From: Parasitella parasitica NRRL 2501
Lineage: Eukaryota; Fungi; Mucoromycota
Length of the DNA stretch: 56,561 nt
Direction of reading: 5' to 3'
Assembly (NCBI GenBank): GCA_025201805.1
Contig: MU619337.1
Location: forward strand, 1-56,561
Part shown: positions 22,551 to 36,107 of the stretch, in pieces
How the letters are laid out: each line of letters opens with the position of its first letter
Numbering within the stretch: the stretch's first letter is position 1
Program-made: the position numbers and the translations under genes
Notes under the pieces: generated by a model
Databases searched by the model: none
The model's input: the letters and a program-made list of their open reading frames with translations, nothing else
Told to the model about the DNA's origin: nothing

Positions 22551-24007
22551 TTAGTTTTTTTTGCTTAACCAGGCCTTGAGTAAGTTGATTTGATTTAATA
22601 CAGAAGATTTAGCAGTTCCTCCAGGGGCATTGCGGTTTTCAATCGAGGTCTCGAAACTCCAAACTGAAGCAACATCATCTTCAAATGAAGGGTGCAATGT
22701 TTTGAGGTCAGCAACAGTCAAGTCGCTCAAAGATCCCTTGCGATCTTCTGCCATTTTAACTGCTGCACCAGAAATGTGATGAGTTTCACGGAATGGAACG
22801 CCCTTACGGACAAGGTATTCAGCTAAATCAGTAGCCAGCATATCAGCACTCAAACTTGCACGCATTTTTTCAGGGAAAATATCCATGATGCTCAGCACAC
22901 CAGCAGTGATTTGCAGGGAACCAGACAAGGTGTCGACAGCATCAAACATAGGTTCTTTGTCTTCCTGAAGGTCTTTGTTGTATGTGCTGGGAATGCCCTT
23001 ATACGACATCATAAAGCCAGACATCTGCAGAAACAAATAACAGTAAATACAACGCTCACACACTCTCACACATAAACACAGAAGCTTACATTGCCAAAGA
23101 CACGGCCACATTTACCACGCAATAATTCCAAACTGTCAGGGTTCTTCTTTTGGGGCATCAAACTAGAGCCGGTGCTGTAAGCATCAGCCAGCTTGACAAA
23201 CGCAAACTCGCCAGAAGAGTAGATGATCAAATCCTCAGCCACACGGGAAATGTGTGTCATTGTCAAACTTGCCCAGAACAAGAATTCAGCGACGAAATCA
23301 CGATCACTAACAGCATACAAGGAATTGTGGATATAATCACGGAATCCGAGCTCCTTGGCCAAAAAGGCACGATCGATGTTGAAGGCGTGGCCAGCAAGAG
23401 CGCCGCTGCCCAAAGGCAGTACGTTGAAGCGCTCAATCAGCTGTTCTAAACGGTCAGCATCACTTTGCCAGAGCCAAGCATGGGACAAGAGGAAGTGTGA
23501 CCAGCGAATGGGTTGAGCGCGTTGCAGATGGGTATAACCGGGCATAATGACATCCAATTCCTTTTCAGCTCGGGCGACTGTAACAGCGATCAGTTCTTTC
23601 ACATGAGCCAGAATCTTGTAGGCTTCATCACGCAACCACAGACGCATATCGGTAGCCACTTGGTCGTTGCGGGAGCGACCAGTGTGTAGTTTACCTGCAA
23701 CGGAACCGATCAATTCACCGAGACGACGCTCATTAGCAGTGTGGATATCTTCATCGCCAGCTTTGATGACAAATTGACCACTGGACCATTCCTCCATGAC
23801 ACTGGTTAGACCGCCTACGAGCTCATCGCGCTCCTTTTCAGAGATGATGTCGTTTTTGGCGAGGGCTTTGGCGTAGGCAATGGAGCCGATACAGTCTGCT
23901 GCATACATACGTTTGTCAAAGTGAATAGATGCATTGAAGGCATCCATGAGAGGGTCAACAGCGCCCGAGAATCGTCCTCCCCAGAGTTTTTTAGGTGCAT
24001 CGGTCAT
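22551..24007 (-). CDS. ARG4: Argininosuccinate lyase; intron 23025-23089
   Basis: [68 protein letters not shown]. Confidence 0.98.
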
Positions 24008-24127
24008 TTTTGTATAGTGTTTGTGTTATCACAGGAATAGAAAGGACAAAAGAAAGTGAGAGGAAAACCTGATTTTTTTTTCGCTTTATATGGGCTTCGA
24101 AATGTCCATGACTGACAGTGTGCGAGA

Positions 24128-24134
24128 TGACTCA
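24128..24134. promoter_or_regulatory. Gcn4/CpcA (AP-1-type) site TGACTCA upstream of ARG4
   Basis: Perfect TGACTCA ~120 bp upstream of the ATG, with a near-match ATGACTGA at ~24108 and a TATAAA-like element at ~24085-24091 on the minus strand. Confidence 0.55.
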
Positions 24135-24832
24135 CATTGAGAAAGGCTAAATCATTAAATCTCCGTGCTTCACCTGAGCATGGTGGCATGGTGGGGGTAA
24201 ACAAAAAACAAAGAAAAGCCATACATCGCTTTACTCTGATTGCATGCAAGGCCCCATACAAAGAAAATAACTGATTCATCAAAAAAAAAAACCTATATAC
24301 CGGCTCAAACATGACATCTGTTAAAGTGTACTGTAATACAAATGGTGTTTCTTTGACTTGACCTACAAATAATACAACTCAATTTTTGTGTCACTTTTTT
24401 TCTTTGCCTTCATAGATCAGCATTTACCTATCAACAAGAAGCTGCATCCGAAATACCGGTACATCCAAACATATGCAACTGTAACGTCCGCAAGACTTGC
24501 TCTTTAAGGACAAATTTACTTGTGCAAGTCCTCCCTCATGCCTTATCGACTGATCTAGCGGTTTCATATAATATGTATGCAAATGTTCAAAAAGCTATTC
24601 TGGATTATACCACACAGCTCAGTTTTGTAAGCGACAGTTCTGATTCAAAATGCCAACCATATCATTGCTGTTGAGGCTGTTGCATTGAATGAACTCTGAC
24701 TCTTGGTTGAAGATTGATTCCCGAAATTTCAGGAACAGAACAGACATGACATGCCAACTTTTCAAGACATTTATCCATGTATATATATATATATATATAT
24801 TTTAAATCGACATTTACACTAAATCAAATTGG

Positions 24833-25721
24833 TTATCTACGACGTGCCGGCGAAGCACTTCTTCTTTTACTGCTCCTCTCCCTACGGTCAGCTCTGCTAG
24901 ATCTGTCCTCTCTAGAGTATCTATCTCTACGACTGCTGCTGTCACTGTAACCATCTCTATTGCTGCTGCCAACACGATCCTCCCGTCGAGTACTGCTACT
25001 GCCGGTATAAGTATTGCTGCTGCTGCTGCTGCTGCTGTGATGATGATGGCGATGTTTGTGCTCTGAGCTACTCTTTTTCTTTTTGTCTTTTTTCTCCTTT
25101 TTTTTCAGCTCCTTCAGCTTCAAGGGATTCTCTACAATGGCCTTGAGTGCCATCTGCTCGCGCTTTTTAATCATCAGTAAAGGATCTTCTCTTATTTTCG
25201 ACTGAATATCACGTTCAGTGTTGGCATTTGAATTGGAGAGTGTAAATCGATTTTCTTCTGCCTCTGTAGCAGCTTGCTATAGTCTGTTTAGTACTGAAAA
25301 AAGCAAAGGGAAAATCAACAGTCTACTTACAATTTCTTGTCTTTGCTTTGCACGAAGCAGCTCATCGACATTCTTCTTTCCCAGCAAGAACTCTTCCATG
25401 TTGTTTTCAGCCGAGCCGTTCAGGTTGGCATTCGGGGAGGCATACATCCAGTCTAGTTTGTTTGATCGTTTCCTTAAGACAAAGGTCAATAACCACGATG
25501 GCCACTTTTTTTTTTCCCCTGTAGCTGCCTTACTTTGTACCAGCGTCTTCTTGCATTCGCTGCAGTTCTTGGAGCTGTCGTTCCTCGGTCAGCTCCTTTT
25601 TCATTTCAGCAATCCGTCTGTCTTCTTCTTTGCGCTTCTGCTCTTCCTTCCATACTCTTTCTTGGTTTTTGAATGTGGAAGGATGCCATGATTTTTTCAA
25701 GTTGAGGTCAGAGGAGCCCAT
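24833..25721 (-). CDS. CWC25: Pre-mRNA splicing factor Cwc25; 3 exons
   Basis: MGSSDLNLKKSWHP..KNQERVWKEEQ, KLDWMY, EEFLLGK, KIREDPLLMIKKREQ and an RS-rich tail. Confidence 0.93.
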
Positions 25722-26138
25722 TGCGATGAATCTATAGAGGCGGAAAGGAAAAAGCGTAGTTTACCATGTTGAGCAAAAGGGAGAAAAAAAACAAAAAAAA
25801 AAGGACTGTTTCCACATTGGCTTTGGTAGTCTTGAAGCAACGTAAAAGATGCCTGGGCCTGTAGCTTAGACGACAGACTGTAGGCTCTCGATACTTTTCC
25901 TCGAGGTCTTACACTTATTCGTTGCTTTTTTTTAATTATTATTGTTATTTTTTTACGGCAAGTTGTGCACGAGTGTATTGGGATCTTAAGTTGCTCACAA
26001 TTACCGTAAGAGAGGGTGCAGTGTTGGACAAAGATGTGTCGGAGACTGAGCTGCAATATGTATTTGCAATTCCCTTTCTCTTTCGAATCACCCATACATA
26101 TATTCTCTCTTGTTTTTTTTTTTGCAGTATTTGAAAAC

Positions 26139-27400
26139 ATGCCAATAAAAGATGAAAAGAAACGAACGCAGAACATGGACTATGTAATTCGATCTGGTCT
26201 AGCTGGTGGGGTAGCGGGCTGTATGGTAAATCTCTTTACGAAACAAAGCTTGATAGTGTAGCCATAACACGAATTGCTAGGCGAAATCATCCATTGCTCC
26301 ACTAGACAGAATCAAAATCCTATTTCAATCAAGAAACCCGCAGTTTGAGAAATACGCAGGTACATGTATATGATTGATACACTGGCTATGCGATTTGTGC
26401 TGACTCAAAAGCATATGGCAATCAGGTTCCTTTACTGGCGCATTCAGAGCTGGCCGTGATATTTACAAAAATGCGGGGTGGATGGGCCTGTTTCAAGGGC
26501 ATTCCGTCACTTTGATTCGAGTGTTTCCTTATGCAGCAATTAAATTCGTGGCCTATGAGCAATACAGAGCCGTTAAGTCTGACCAAGAAAGCTTCACGCA
26601 CAGTATATATTGACGAGAGCCTTGAATAGATATTAATGCCTACGAGAGCCCAAGAAACCTCGTCCAAGCAATTCGTAGCCGGCTCATTAGCTGGTAAGCG
26701 CTTCGCTATCCCTTAAATCTAACTAAATGCAAACTCTTAAATAGGTGTGACATCTGTGTTCTTTACCTATCCTTTAGATTTAGTCCGTGTCCGGTTGGCT
26801 TACGATGTAAAGCAAGCAGGTCATCAGCGGCCTACATTGATAGCCACAATTCGCAATATACTCCGAGAGCCTGCCGCTCTGCAACGCACGCACGCTAAAT
26901 TCAAGGTGGCCAACTTTTACCGCGGATTCTTACCCACAGTGGCAGGCATGATCCCATACGCAGGTGTATCGTTTTGGACATACCACACCGTCACTCAGCT
27001 TTTTAGATTTGACCCACTGATATCGCCCTATACTCGAGTACCGCTGAATTTCGATTTTGACCCTACTGACGACGACATTGATCTCACCCCCTCACAGCAA
27101 CGACTCTTGGATAAGCCGCCCTTAAAGACATGGGCAGAACTAGTGTGCGGTGGATTAGCAGGATTGGTGGCGCAGACCAGCAGCTACCCTCTAGAAGTGA
27201 TCAGACGAAGAATGCAAGTGGGAGGCTTGCTAAATCCCGATAAATTTGTTGGGTTTATGGAGACAGCTAAAGAAGTATACCAACTGAAAGGCCCTAAAGG
27301 TTTTTATGTCGGGTTGAGCATTGGCTATATCAAGGTTGTCCCAATGGTCGCCGTTAGTTTTGCTGTTTATGAGCGCATGAAACGACTATTAGACATCTGA
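26139..27400 (+). CDS. LEU5: Mitochondrial CoA carrier (Leu5/SLC25A16-like); 5 exons
   Basis: Three PX[DE]XX[KR] carrier signatures ([33 protein letters not shown]); [17 protein letters not shown]; [11 protein letters not shown]. Confidence 0.85.
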
Positions 27401-27842
27401 AAATGCCTTGAAATATGTATCATATAGACCCTTTTATAAAACTCGTGTAATAATAAAACGACGCAATTTTGAATACACTAATAGTCGTTCAAATGCGTGC
27501 ATGTGTGATCCCAATAGCATATCAGTGATGATTCAATCAGGACCTTGTATCGATTGTAAACAAGTGCATGCAAACAGTCGACATAATTGAGAAGAAGAAA
27601 AGAAGAAAAGAAGAAAAAAAAAAGATATACTGTATCTATATCAAGTCTAGGCAATAAACTGTAAAGTCTTCTTGCAGTGGTGTAATACTCTCAAAAAAGC
27701 CAACATTTATATGGGCTTTACATTTTTATTTTCCTTATTAGATCCGGAACTATTGTCTGCATGCATTTTATAAAGACTTGGATTCCCCTACTTTTTTCTT
27801 TTTCTTTCCCTTTCTCTTTGTACACCTAAATCAAACAACCAA

Positions 27843-30227
27843 ATGTCTGCATTTTCCTTGCGCAGGGATCAGAAAGAGGGCGTAGCTGTCGAAACAACTG
27901 AAAACGTGTCTTCTAGCGCTACTCTATCTTCAACAACATCTATTATTGATCCAAATGATGAACCAGACAAAGGCTTGAAAAGAACTTTAAAATCAAGGCA
28001 TTTAACTGTAACTGTGCTTTCAACCTGCAAACCATGCATTATGTAGGCCTAACAGAAGCCTCTCTCACTCCCTCCCCCCCATCCTACCCTTTTTTTTTTT
28101 TCTTGTATAGATGATCAGCATTGGCGGTGTAGTGGGACAAGGTACTTGAAAAACAGCTTGATCCATGCCTGGGTTCCATTTGTTTACGCTATATGTAGGT
28201 CTCTTTTTATCATCTGGCGCAAATCTTGCCAAAGCAGGTATTAAAACCACCACTTCTGATCATAGTTCGGACTGTCTGACAGGAGATGATAACAATAGGA
28301 CCTGCTGGATTGCTGGTTGCATATTGCATAATTGGCTTTGTGGTTTTTTGGATCGCTGTAGAGTTGGGTGAAATGGCTGCATATATCCCTGTAAGACTAA
28401 GCCTATTGCTATCTGCCATCTTTCGTTAATCCAGCTTTCTACGCGTCAGATTTCTGGATCTTTTACAGTTTACTGTCGTCGCTTTGTGGACAAGTCATTT
28501 GGAACTGTCATTGGATACAATTATTGGGTTTGTTGCTGGCAATAGATGTGCTGTTTTTACATTGAGTTTAATCAAATTGTAGGCGTGCTGGTCAATTATA
28601 GTGGCAGTAGGCAAGTTTATTGAGTCAATGGATGTCTATAGCGTCACTAATCCTTTTATATGCATCATATAGAGCTTACAGGTACATTGCTCAGCATTGA
28701 GAAGAAAATCAGTCAACTTGATCATGTACGCTGAATATCGTTGATTTATAGCAATCCCCCTGGTAATGAAATTTTGGACTGACAGAGTTCCAGATTGGGC
28801 ATGTAAGTTGCGGTAAATTGCACTAACAAGTTGCTGCAGACTTACAATCAAGTGTAGGGTCAGGCATATTCTTGGTCGTCATGTTTTCCATGAATTTATA
28901 CGGTGCCAGAGGTTGGGGTGAAGCAGAGTATTGGTTCAGCTTGATAAAAATCATCTGTGTCATTGTATTTGTCATTGTTGGCTGCTTAGCTTCGGGTGGT
29001 GTTATTGGGTTTGTATAACTTGAAAGATATAAACATCTATCATAGTTCTCACACACTTGTTCAGTGGTACCGTCTACGGCTTTAAATATTGGAATGATCC
29101 TGGAGCCTTTTCAAACGGTGTTCTGGGTGTAATTAATGCTCTTGTGTTGGCTGCACTAAGCATGACTGGAACCGACATTGTAGGCGTCTCTGCTGGTGAA
29201 TCTGAAAACCCAAGAAAAGCTATTCCACAAGCTGTAAAAAACGTCTTTGTTAGAATTATCTTTATTTACATTTTGTCTGTCTTTGTGATGGGCATGCTGA
29301 TTCCTTGGAATGACCCTCATAACTTGAGTCTGGATGGTCGTGATGTTACTGTATCTCCGTTTACTTTGGTCTTCCAGAAGGCTGGACTTCATGGAGCAGA
29401 TAGTGTGATGAATACCGTAATTTTGATTACAGTATGTAAGCCAAAATAGAGTTGAATAATGTGCAATTACTAAGTTGATCCAAGTTTATCTCATGTGCAA
29501 ACAGTGGCATGTATGTGACTACAAGAACATTATGTGCGTTTGCAAATGAAGGCATTGCGCACCGAAAGCTTGGTAAGTTTATGTTCTCGTATGTCCTAAT
29601 CAACCAAAGTAACTCCAACTAGCTTATGTCAATAAGCGCGGCGTGCCTATCTACTCTTTGATCTGTACTAGCGCTGTGTCTCTGGTATGCTTCCTAACCT
29701 CGTTGATTCCTGGCGCTGCCCTATTTTTAGTCTTGTCTTCTCTAGCTGGTATTGCAGGCCTTGTAAGTATATCAATCAAGTGCGATTCAAGTGTATACAC
29801 TCAAATTAAAACACAAATATCATTCTCCTAGATTACATGGTTTGCCATTGCACTTTCGCATTACAGGTTCAGAAAAGCAATGATTATACAAGTAAAAGAC
29901 CTTGATCAACTGCCGTATATCGCTCCTGGACATCCCTACATGAATATCTTATCCATGATTGCTTGTATTGTCATCATTCTCATATCTGGGTGGTCTTACT
30001 TTGTGCCTGCTAATGCTATTGGACTAATTGGTTCGTATGGTGGCGCATTGATCGTACTAGCTGGTTATTTTGTACTTCGATTTTGGACAAAATCCAAACT
30101 AGTGCCTTTAGATCAGATCGATTTAGATACAGGAGTAAGATACTTTACATTGGAAGAATTAGCTGCCGAAAAAGAACAAGATACACAGACAACTTTGTGG
30201 CAAAAGATCAAGTCTGCCGTCATTTAG
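27843..30227 (+). CDS. APC-family (YAT) amino-acid permease; about 13 exons
   Basis: LKRTLKSRHLT|MISIGGVVGQ|GLF, ELGEMA, ISGSF..Y..RFVD, GEAEYWFS.IK, GESENPRKAIP, SPFTLVF, NSGMYV.TR, DLDTG. Confidence 0.92.
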
Positions 30228-31470
30228 CATTCATCAATTATATTTAACACTATATACCCAAAGGAAGATAGCTATATCTCTGTTATGTGTTGTATATTCG
30301 TATTGAGTAATCGCTTAGTTTTTTAAATCCTATATCAGGTAAATATCGGTCCACGCAACGTAGTTAAAACCATGCATTTGCATCAGATTTATTGCAATTA
30401 AATTTATCCTTATACCTGTATCCGTGAGAGAAGGTTTGTCTTTCTCTGTGTATGTCTCTTACGTTGACTATAAAATGAAGCCGAGAAATAGGAACTAGTA
30501 TACTGATAGAGTAAATCTAAAGCAGATGGTGAGTTTGATCTCATCAAAATATGATGAGACCCTTTTAAAGAGTAATTTAAAGGCTCTGTAAACATCAGCT
30601 ATTAAGCAACGGATCAGGGAATGATCCGATAGTTTACGATTTCGATTTGGGTCTCGAGACTTGGATTACGTTAGAAACTCAAGGCAGTCTTGCCAACTGT
30701 GTTCACGAAAAATTTAGGATGATGTTATCTTGAAATGCAGATGTATTCTATATACTTTAGACAGCTGATCGAAAGTATGGATGTTATAAAGGTATCATTG
30801 TATTGTGGGAATATGATCAGTCAGAGAACAGAGGCCCCATACATAGTGCATCATTGTCAGCAACTCATGACTATGGCTTTTGTAATGTCTTCTGCCTGCT
30901 GTAAAAAAATTAAAAAAATCAACAGCCAAAAACAGGATAATTTGCAAATCATGCGGAGATAACCTTTTGCTCATGAGACATAATTTTGACATTATGAAAA
31001 CTGTCAGTGATATAATCACGCACAAATGCATATTTTAGAGATCGACAGAATAGGAGAATGACAGGAGAGGAGAAAGAACAATGCTTTCATGCATGAGGTA
31101 CCAAAGTTTGCTAGGAGAATTATCTCGATTTCGCTTTTTGCATCAAGGAGGGAGAAAAATCCAGGGATGGCGATCTTTCAAAGTCTAATAGCACTGTTTG
31201 TCTGCTTACAAAAAGGAGAAGACGCAGGTGCTGAAATATAAGCGATATGATGTGTTTAGTCTTTTAATTTGTGCAATAAACATTAACAAATTGGGCAGCT
31301 CCTCCGAGATACATAGAGTGATATATAGTGATCACCTGAGAAGCAGACAGTTATTCAATGTACTATGTAGCGTGATACACATGTTCACATACGAGCATCT
31401 GAGCTTGATGAACGCAATTTCTAATAATGCTCTGTTTATTAATAATATTATTATACAATGTCAGTCTATT

Positions 31471-33110
31471 CTACTCGCTATCGTCCTCCATATCATCCTC
31501 ATCTTGAGCGTTCAAAGGCTCGTCATCATCCATGTTATCGTCATCTTCAGCATCGTCAACAGTGGTGATAGGCTTCTTCTCTTCGATAGGAGCGGCGCTA
31601 GCAAGAGACTGATGGCGGAAAGCTTGGCGAACACCCGCATTAGAAGCCATATCCCAAACATGCATTTTACCATTAGAGCCAGCAATAGCAAGTTGAAAAG
31701 GGGAGTCAGGGCAAAATTGTGTGGAAAAGATTCTGCCAAGTTCAAAGTTACGACTTGTCACCATACTGGGCTTATTCTCGGCAGTATTCCAGATTTTAAT
31801 GGATTTATCAGTACTGCCCGTAGCGATGCACCCGGGAACAAGAGGATTGACATCGAGTGCGCTGACAGCATCGTCATGTGCTTGAAGAGTAAAGATAGCT
31901 TTGGCACCAACACCATCTGTTGCTTGACGTACATCGTAATATTGAATGACACCGTTTTCTAAAGCAACGTAAAAGTTGGAAGGGTTATGAGGATCCCAAC
32001 GGAGAGACTCTACGTCACTGTTAAGCTTCCAACGGGTAACTTCATTGGGAGATCTGGCATCTAGAACACAAACAGACTTATCGTAAGAACCAGAGAGGAA
32101 AACAGTAGGCTCAGTGGGATGCCATGCGACAGATTGAACCTTGTCTTTATGATGGTTGTAAGATTGAACGCATTTGGAAACAGCCAGATCCCATAATTTA
32201 ACAGTGCCGTCTGCTGAAGAGGATAACAAAAAGTTCCTGTGGTTCTTATTCCATGCCAAATCCATGATAGCATCGACATGGTAGTTGCTGTTGACCTTCT
32301 TTGACCTTGCTTTTGATTTGTCAGTGTGGCCCAAGATGGTTTCAGGAAACATGACGTCGATAGTGTCAAGATCCCAAATTTCAATATCAGGTTCAAATGT
32401 GCCGATTGCGACATAGTTACCAGAGGTAGTTTGGTCAGCTACTTTGTTGGAAGCAGAGTGAAAATCTAACCACTCAAGACACAGTGGGAAAGAGGGCAGC
32501 ATGATGTCGTGGTGGACATAGATGTTGTCTTGATTTTCTTCAAAAACATGGATTTCCAATTGAGAGATATCGTCTTCCGTCTTTGCTGCCAATAACATGT
32601 TGTCTGTTGGTAGGATTTCGAGCTCTTTCTTTTCTTCCTCTTCATCCACATTGTGTTTTAATGTAACATACGGATCCTCGGTTTCATCTTCGTAGTATGC
32701 TAAATCCTTGATATTGGAAAAAATGCCAACCTCTACAAGAACAAGACGACGTCTTTTTTTCAATATGCAGATCAAAAAAAAAAAGTGACATTTTCAAGGC
32801 TTACTCTTGCTGGATGCTTCAACTTCAGCATCGTAGGTATCCAGATTGTATTGATCCATTTCATCAACCTCCTTCTTTTCAGGATTGCTGGAAGAGCTTG
32901 CAGTGATGTCAATCTTTTGTTTAATGAGGCAAAATTGCAAATCACTTACTCGACAGCCATAGCTTCGGCATCCTTCAGATCTCTCTTGGCATCTTCCAAT
33001 TGATCGGCAGCAAGTTGACTGATTCTCGAGTATTCCTCATCGTTAAGATCGTACTTTTTGGGATTTTGAGCAGCAGCGCCCTTGCGAATCCATTGAATGG
33101 CTGAAATCAT
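31471..33110 (-). CDS. PWP1: Periodic tryptophan protein 1 (WD40); 3 exons
   Basis: MISAIQWIRKGAA, EDPYVTL, ILPTDNMLLAAKTEDDISQLE, YVHHDIMLPSFPLCLEWLD, AIGTFEPDIEIWDLD and WD repeats. Confidence 0.93.
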
Positions 33111-33875
33111 GTCTACTGGATAGATGGGTGTGTAAATACGAAACAAGGCTACTTTATCAAAAAAAAGGAAAAAAGCAGTACTTGTCCGTGACAAGCAATG
33201 TTGCAAATCAAGCAAATGTGGCGGGTTGGAATCATACAATGAATTGTTTAAAGCAAAGTGATCAGCTCCTTTTTTTTTTTTCATCCAGATTTAATCAAGT
33301 TTTGGTGAATCATGGATCTGCAAAATCGTTTCTCGGAGCATTTGACTCGTGCATGCCATTGTAGCTAAAAAGAGTAATATTTAGTCAGAGCATATCCACC
33401 TGAGGGGAAACTGAAATGGTCCCATGTTCTCTATTGTACTCACGTTCATTTTGCATTACCAGATATCAAAATGACGAATGATACTCTGCACCAGAAACCT
33501 GGAAGTAGATTGCCAAATTAATTGCAATGGAATAAGGTTAAGGAATCACAATAATTATGGTTCGATAGGGGAGTCGTTAATTAATTGAAGGCAAACAGAG
33601 CCGGTGCGAAACAGTTCAAGTTGAAGTGTTGAAAGAAAAAGTAGCAGAAAAAGGGGAAGATGGGAGTGCTTCATTGAGGGGAATAATTCTAAAATTTGTA
33701 CGGTTTCTACATGATAAAAAAAAAATCAAAGAAGCTTCGGTTTTCATTCTTTATATGGGATTTCGAGACAATAAGAAAATACCAGTGCTTCCTATTTTTT
33801 ATTTCTCCTTCTGAAATATATAAATACAGCCTTTTCTTTCACCTTTTCCTCAACTTTCTTTTCTTACTTACCAAC

Positions 33876-36002
33876 ATGTCTACATCCAACGACAATGAAA
33901 ATGAAGCCTGGGAAACAATTATAGATTTTGGGAATGAGGATTCTTATCAACAGGACGACGACAACGACAACGACAACAACAACGACAACGTCAATGATGA
34001 TGGTGATGATGGTAACGAATCCGATTACTCTTTGGATTATGAATTTCCAGGACCACGATTTGCAAATTACCGAAGTGTCCACGACGTCAGTGACGATGCT
34101 TCCATGCTCTCAGACACTGAATCAGATCAAAGCTCACCAAGATTTGATATGTGGGACGACGACCCGTATAATGACTATACCTGGGAGTCGAATGACATGC
34201 AGCTAACAAAATTCATAAAACAAAGACAGCAGCAATTGAAAAGAGAAAACATGGACAATGCGAGTTTTTGGAAGCAGGAGAAGGGCTGGCCTAAACAGCT
34301 TCCGTTCTCTTGCTCTTCTTCAAATCATGATCAGTCTGCAAATGCCATTTGTCTTGTCCAGTCAAACTATGGGCTTTCAGAGTATTTGTATGCGGTTTAT
34401 CGGGATAGAATCATTGAGTGTGGTAAACCTCCAGCGACATGTCGATCCGCGAAATCGGCTGCAGCATTTAAAAACAGCAACCATACAACTTTACTAGAAA
34501 GCAACAGCCACCAGCAAATCAACAGCACTTGCAACGCCGCTGACAAGTTCATGGACACACACCAGTCTATATCTCTGTCCACAATCCCGCTACAGCAGTA
34601 CGACGAAATGTTGGATCAGGCACCACCGCATCAACAGCAGGACGTTGGAACGTTTTCTTCTGAAAATTTGATTTCCCAATTCAAACCGTACACAAAATTT
34701 CTCAAGAGAAGCGACTATCACAGCACGCTACCGGAGGACTCCTATTTGTATCTTGGCTTTGATCCGCAATGCTTGGCACAAAAGTATGGCTACATGGCAA
34801 TCGGCGGCGTAGAAGGCGAATTCGAGCTGTATTGCTGTATGAATCCAGAAGCCCCTGTCAAGATTTGGGGCACGAAATTCAAAGGAAAAGACAACGTGAT
34901 GCTAATGACAAATGCAATACAGATCATTCGATTTAGAAATAACATTACAGGCGATTACCAACACATGCTTATAAGCTGTATGAACGAGGCGGGTCTTTTG
35001 TTCTATCATCTGCCTGCTCATAGTCACTGCAAAGACATTCGCGCATCTAGGCAGCATGCAGCCCCCATGGTCGTTCAGTTACATAGCCATCTTCGATCAT
35101 TCAACGGCATGCCTATAAACGATGCTAAATTAAGCCCTGATGGGAGCAAATTGGTTTGCGTCGGAGACGACAGGATGATTTTCATGATCGACGTATACTA
35201 TTGTGCGTCTACTGGCGAAATCACATTTGGAGCACCATCTGAGATTGAGATACCACCCACTTTGTTCCCAGAAGACGACACACCCTACTCTTCACAATAC
35301 GTGGCTTGGAGCCCTTCCTCTCGATATTTTGCTCATACATCAGACTCACACAACCTGGTTTTGGTCTGGCGAGCTTCAACAAGAGAAATACTGTACGCCG
35401 TTGATGCAGCTGGTTACACATATGCCATCTGTTTCCATCCCCAGTTGGACAATATCCTGGTGTTTACCAACCGATATGGCTACTTTCACACTGTAGACTT
35501 TGCTAGAGGCACAACAGAAACATCCAGCAAAGTCATCAACATCTTGTCTTTTGATCGCCAAACCAACACCACCAGAGGACACCAGTGTGTGGACTCTTGT
35601 GTCTCTCAGTCCCATCATGCCATTTTCCACACGCGGCATTTGAAAGTTCAGCATGAAATCACAATGGTCAGCTTTAGAGGCGAAATAGACAAGAGATTGC
35701 GGATATTGGCCAAAATTAATGGAATTGAATGGTCCAAGGACGGCAGATATCTCTATGTTGCTACCAAAAAAAGGGTACTGGCCTTCCAGTTCCTCCCCAC
35801 CCAACCATCGACACCTACTTTGATCGACTTTTCCGGCATTCACATCAGAAAATCGCTAGAAAAACAGCAAGAGCTGAGATTAGGGAGAAAAACGACGCTG
35901 GACCAGGAAGACGTCGAGAGACTCGATCGTTGGAATCTTTTGCCAGATCACATACGCAATAGAATGTTAGGTGATACCCAGCTGTTGGCTTGCCACTGGT
36001 AG
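33876..36002 (+). CDS. Uncharacterised WD40-like beta-propeller protein with acidic N-terminus
   Basis: Long intact ORF with INDAKLSPDGSKLVCVGD, VAWSPSSRYFA, ICFHP and INGIEWSKDGRYLYVAT propeller-blade motifs. ATG taken at 33876. Confidence 0.75.
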   Translation: MSTSNDNENEAWETIIDFGNEDSYQQDDDNDNDNNNDNVNDDGDDGNESDYSLDYEFPGPRFANYRSVHDVSDDASMLSDTESDQSSPRFDMWDDDPYNDYTWESNDMQLTKFIKQRQQQLKRENMDNASFWKQEKGWPKQLPFSCSSSNHDQSANAICLVQSNYGLSEYLYAVYRDRIIECGKPPATCRSAKSAAAFKNSNHTTLLESNSHQQINSTCNAADKFMDTHQSISLSTIPLQQYDEMLDQAPPHQQQDVGTFSSENLISQFKPYTKFLKRSDYHSTLPEDSYLYLGFDPQCLAQKYGYMAIGGVEGEFELYCCMNPEAPVKIWGTKFKGKDNVMLMTNAIQIIRFRNNITGDYQHMLISCMNEAGLLFYHLPAHSHCKDIRASRQHAAPMVVQLHSHLRSFNGMPINDAKLSPDGSKLVCVGDDRMIFMIDVYYCASTGEITFGAPSEIEIPPTLFPEDDTPYSSQYVAWSPSSRYFAHTSDSHNLVLVWRASTREILYAVDAAGYTYAICFHPQLDNILVFTNRYGYFHTVDFARGTTETSSKVINILSFDRQTNTTRGHQCVDSCVSQSHHAIFHTRHLKVQHEITMVSFRGEIDKRLRILAKINGIEWSKDGRYLYVATKKRVLAFQFLPTQPSTPTLIDFSGIHIRKSLEKQQELRLGRKTTLDQEDVERLDRWNLLPDHIRNRMLGDTQLLACHW

Positions 36003-36107
36003 CGTAGCACTCTTTATCATATTGTAATAATAAAAGAAAAAAGAGAGTCATAGTAAAACATGTGTTTCTTTGCTTGTTTTTTTTTTCTCTCTCTCTCATT
36101 CACAAGC

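Noticed and set aside
30610-30665. Two short hairpins/palindromes (CGGATCA..TGATCCG; GTCTCGAGAC)
   Set aside because: Too short to distinguish from chance; no other support.
31198-31962. 254-aa plus-strand ORF
   Set aside because: Mostly antisense to PWP1; no recognisable domain.
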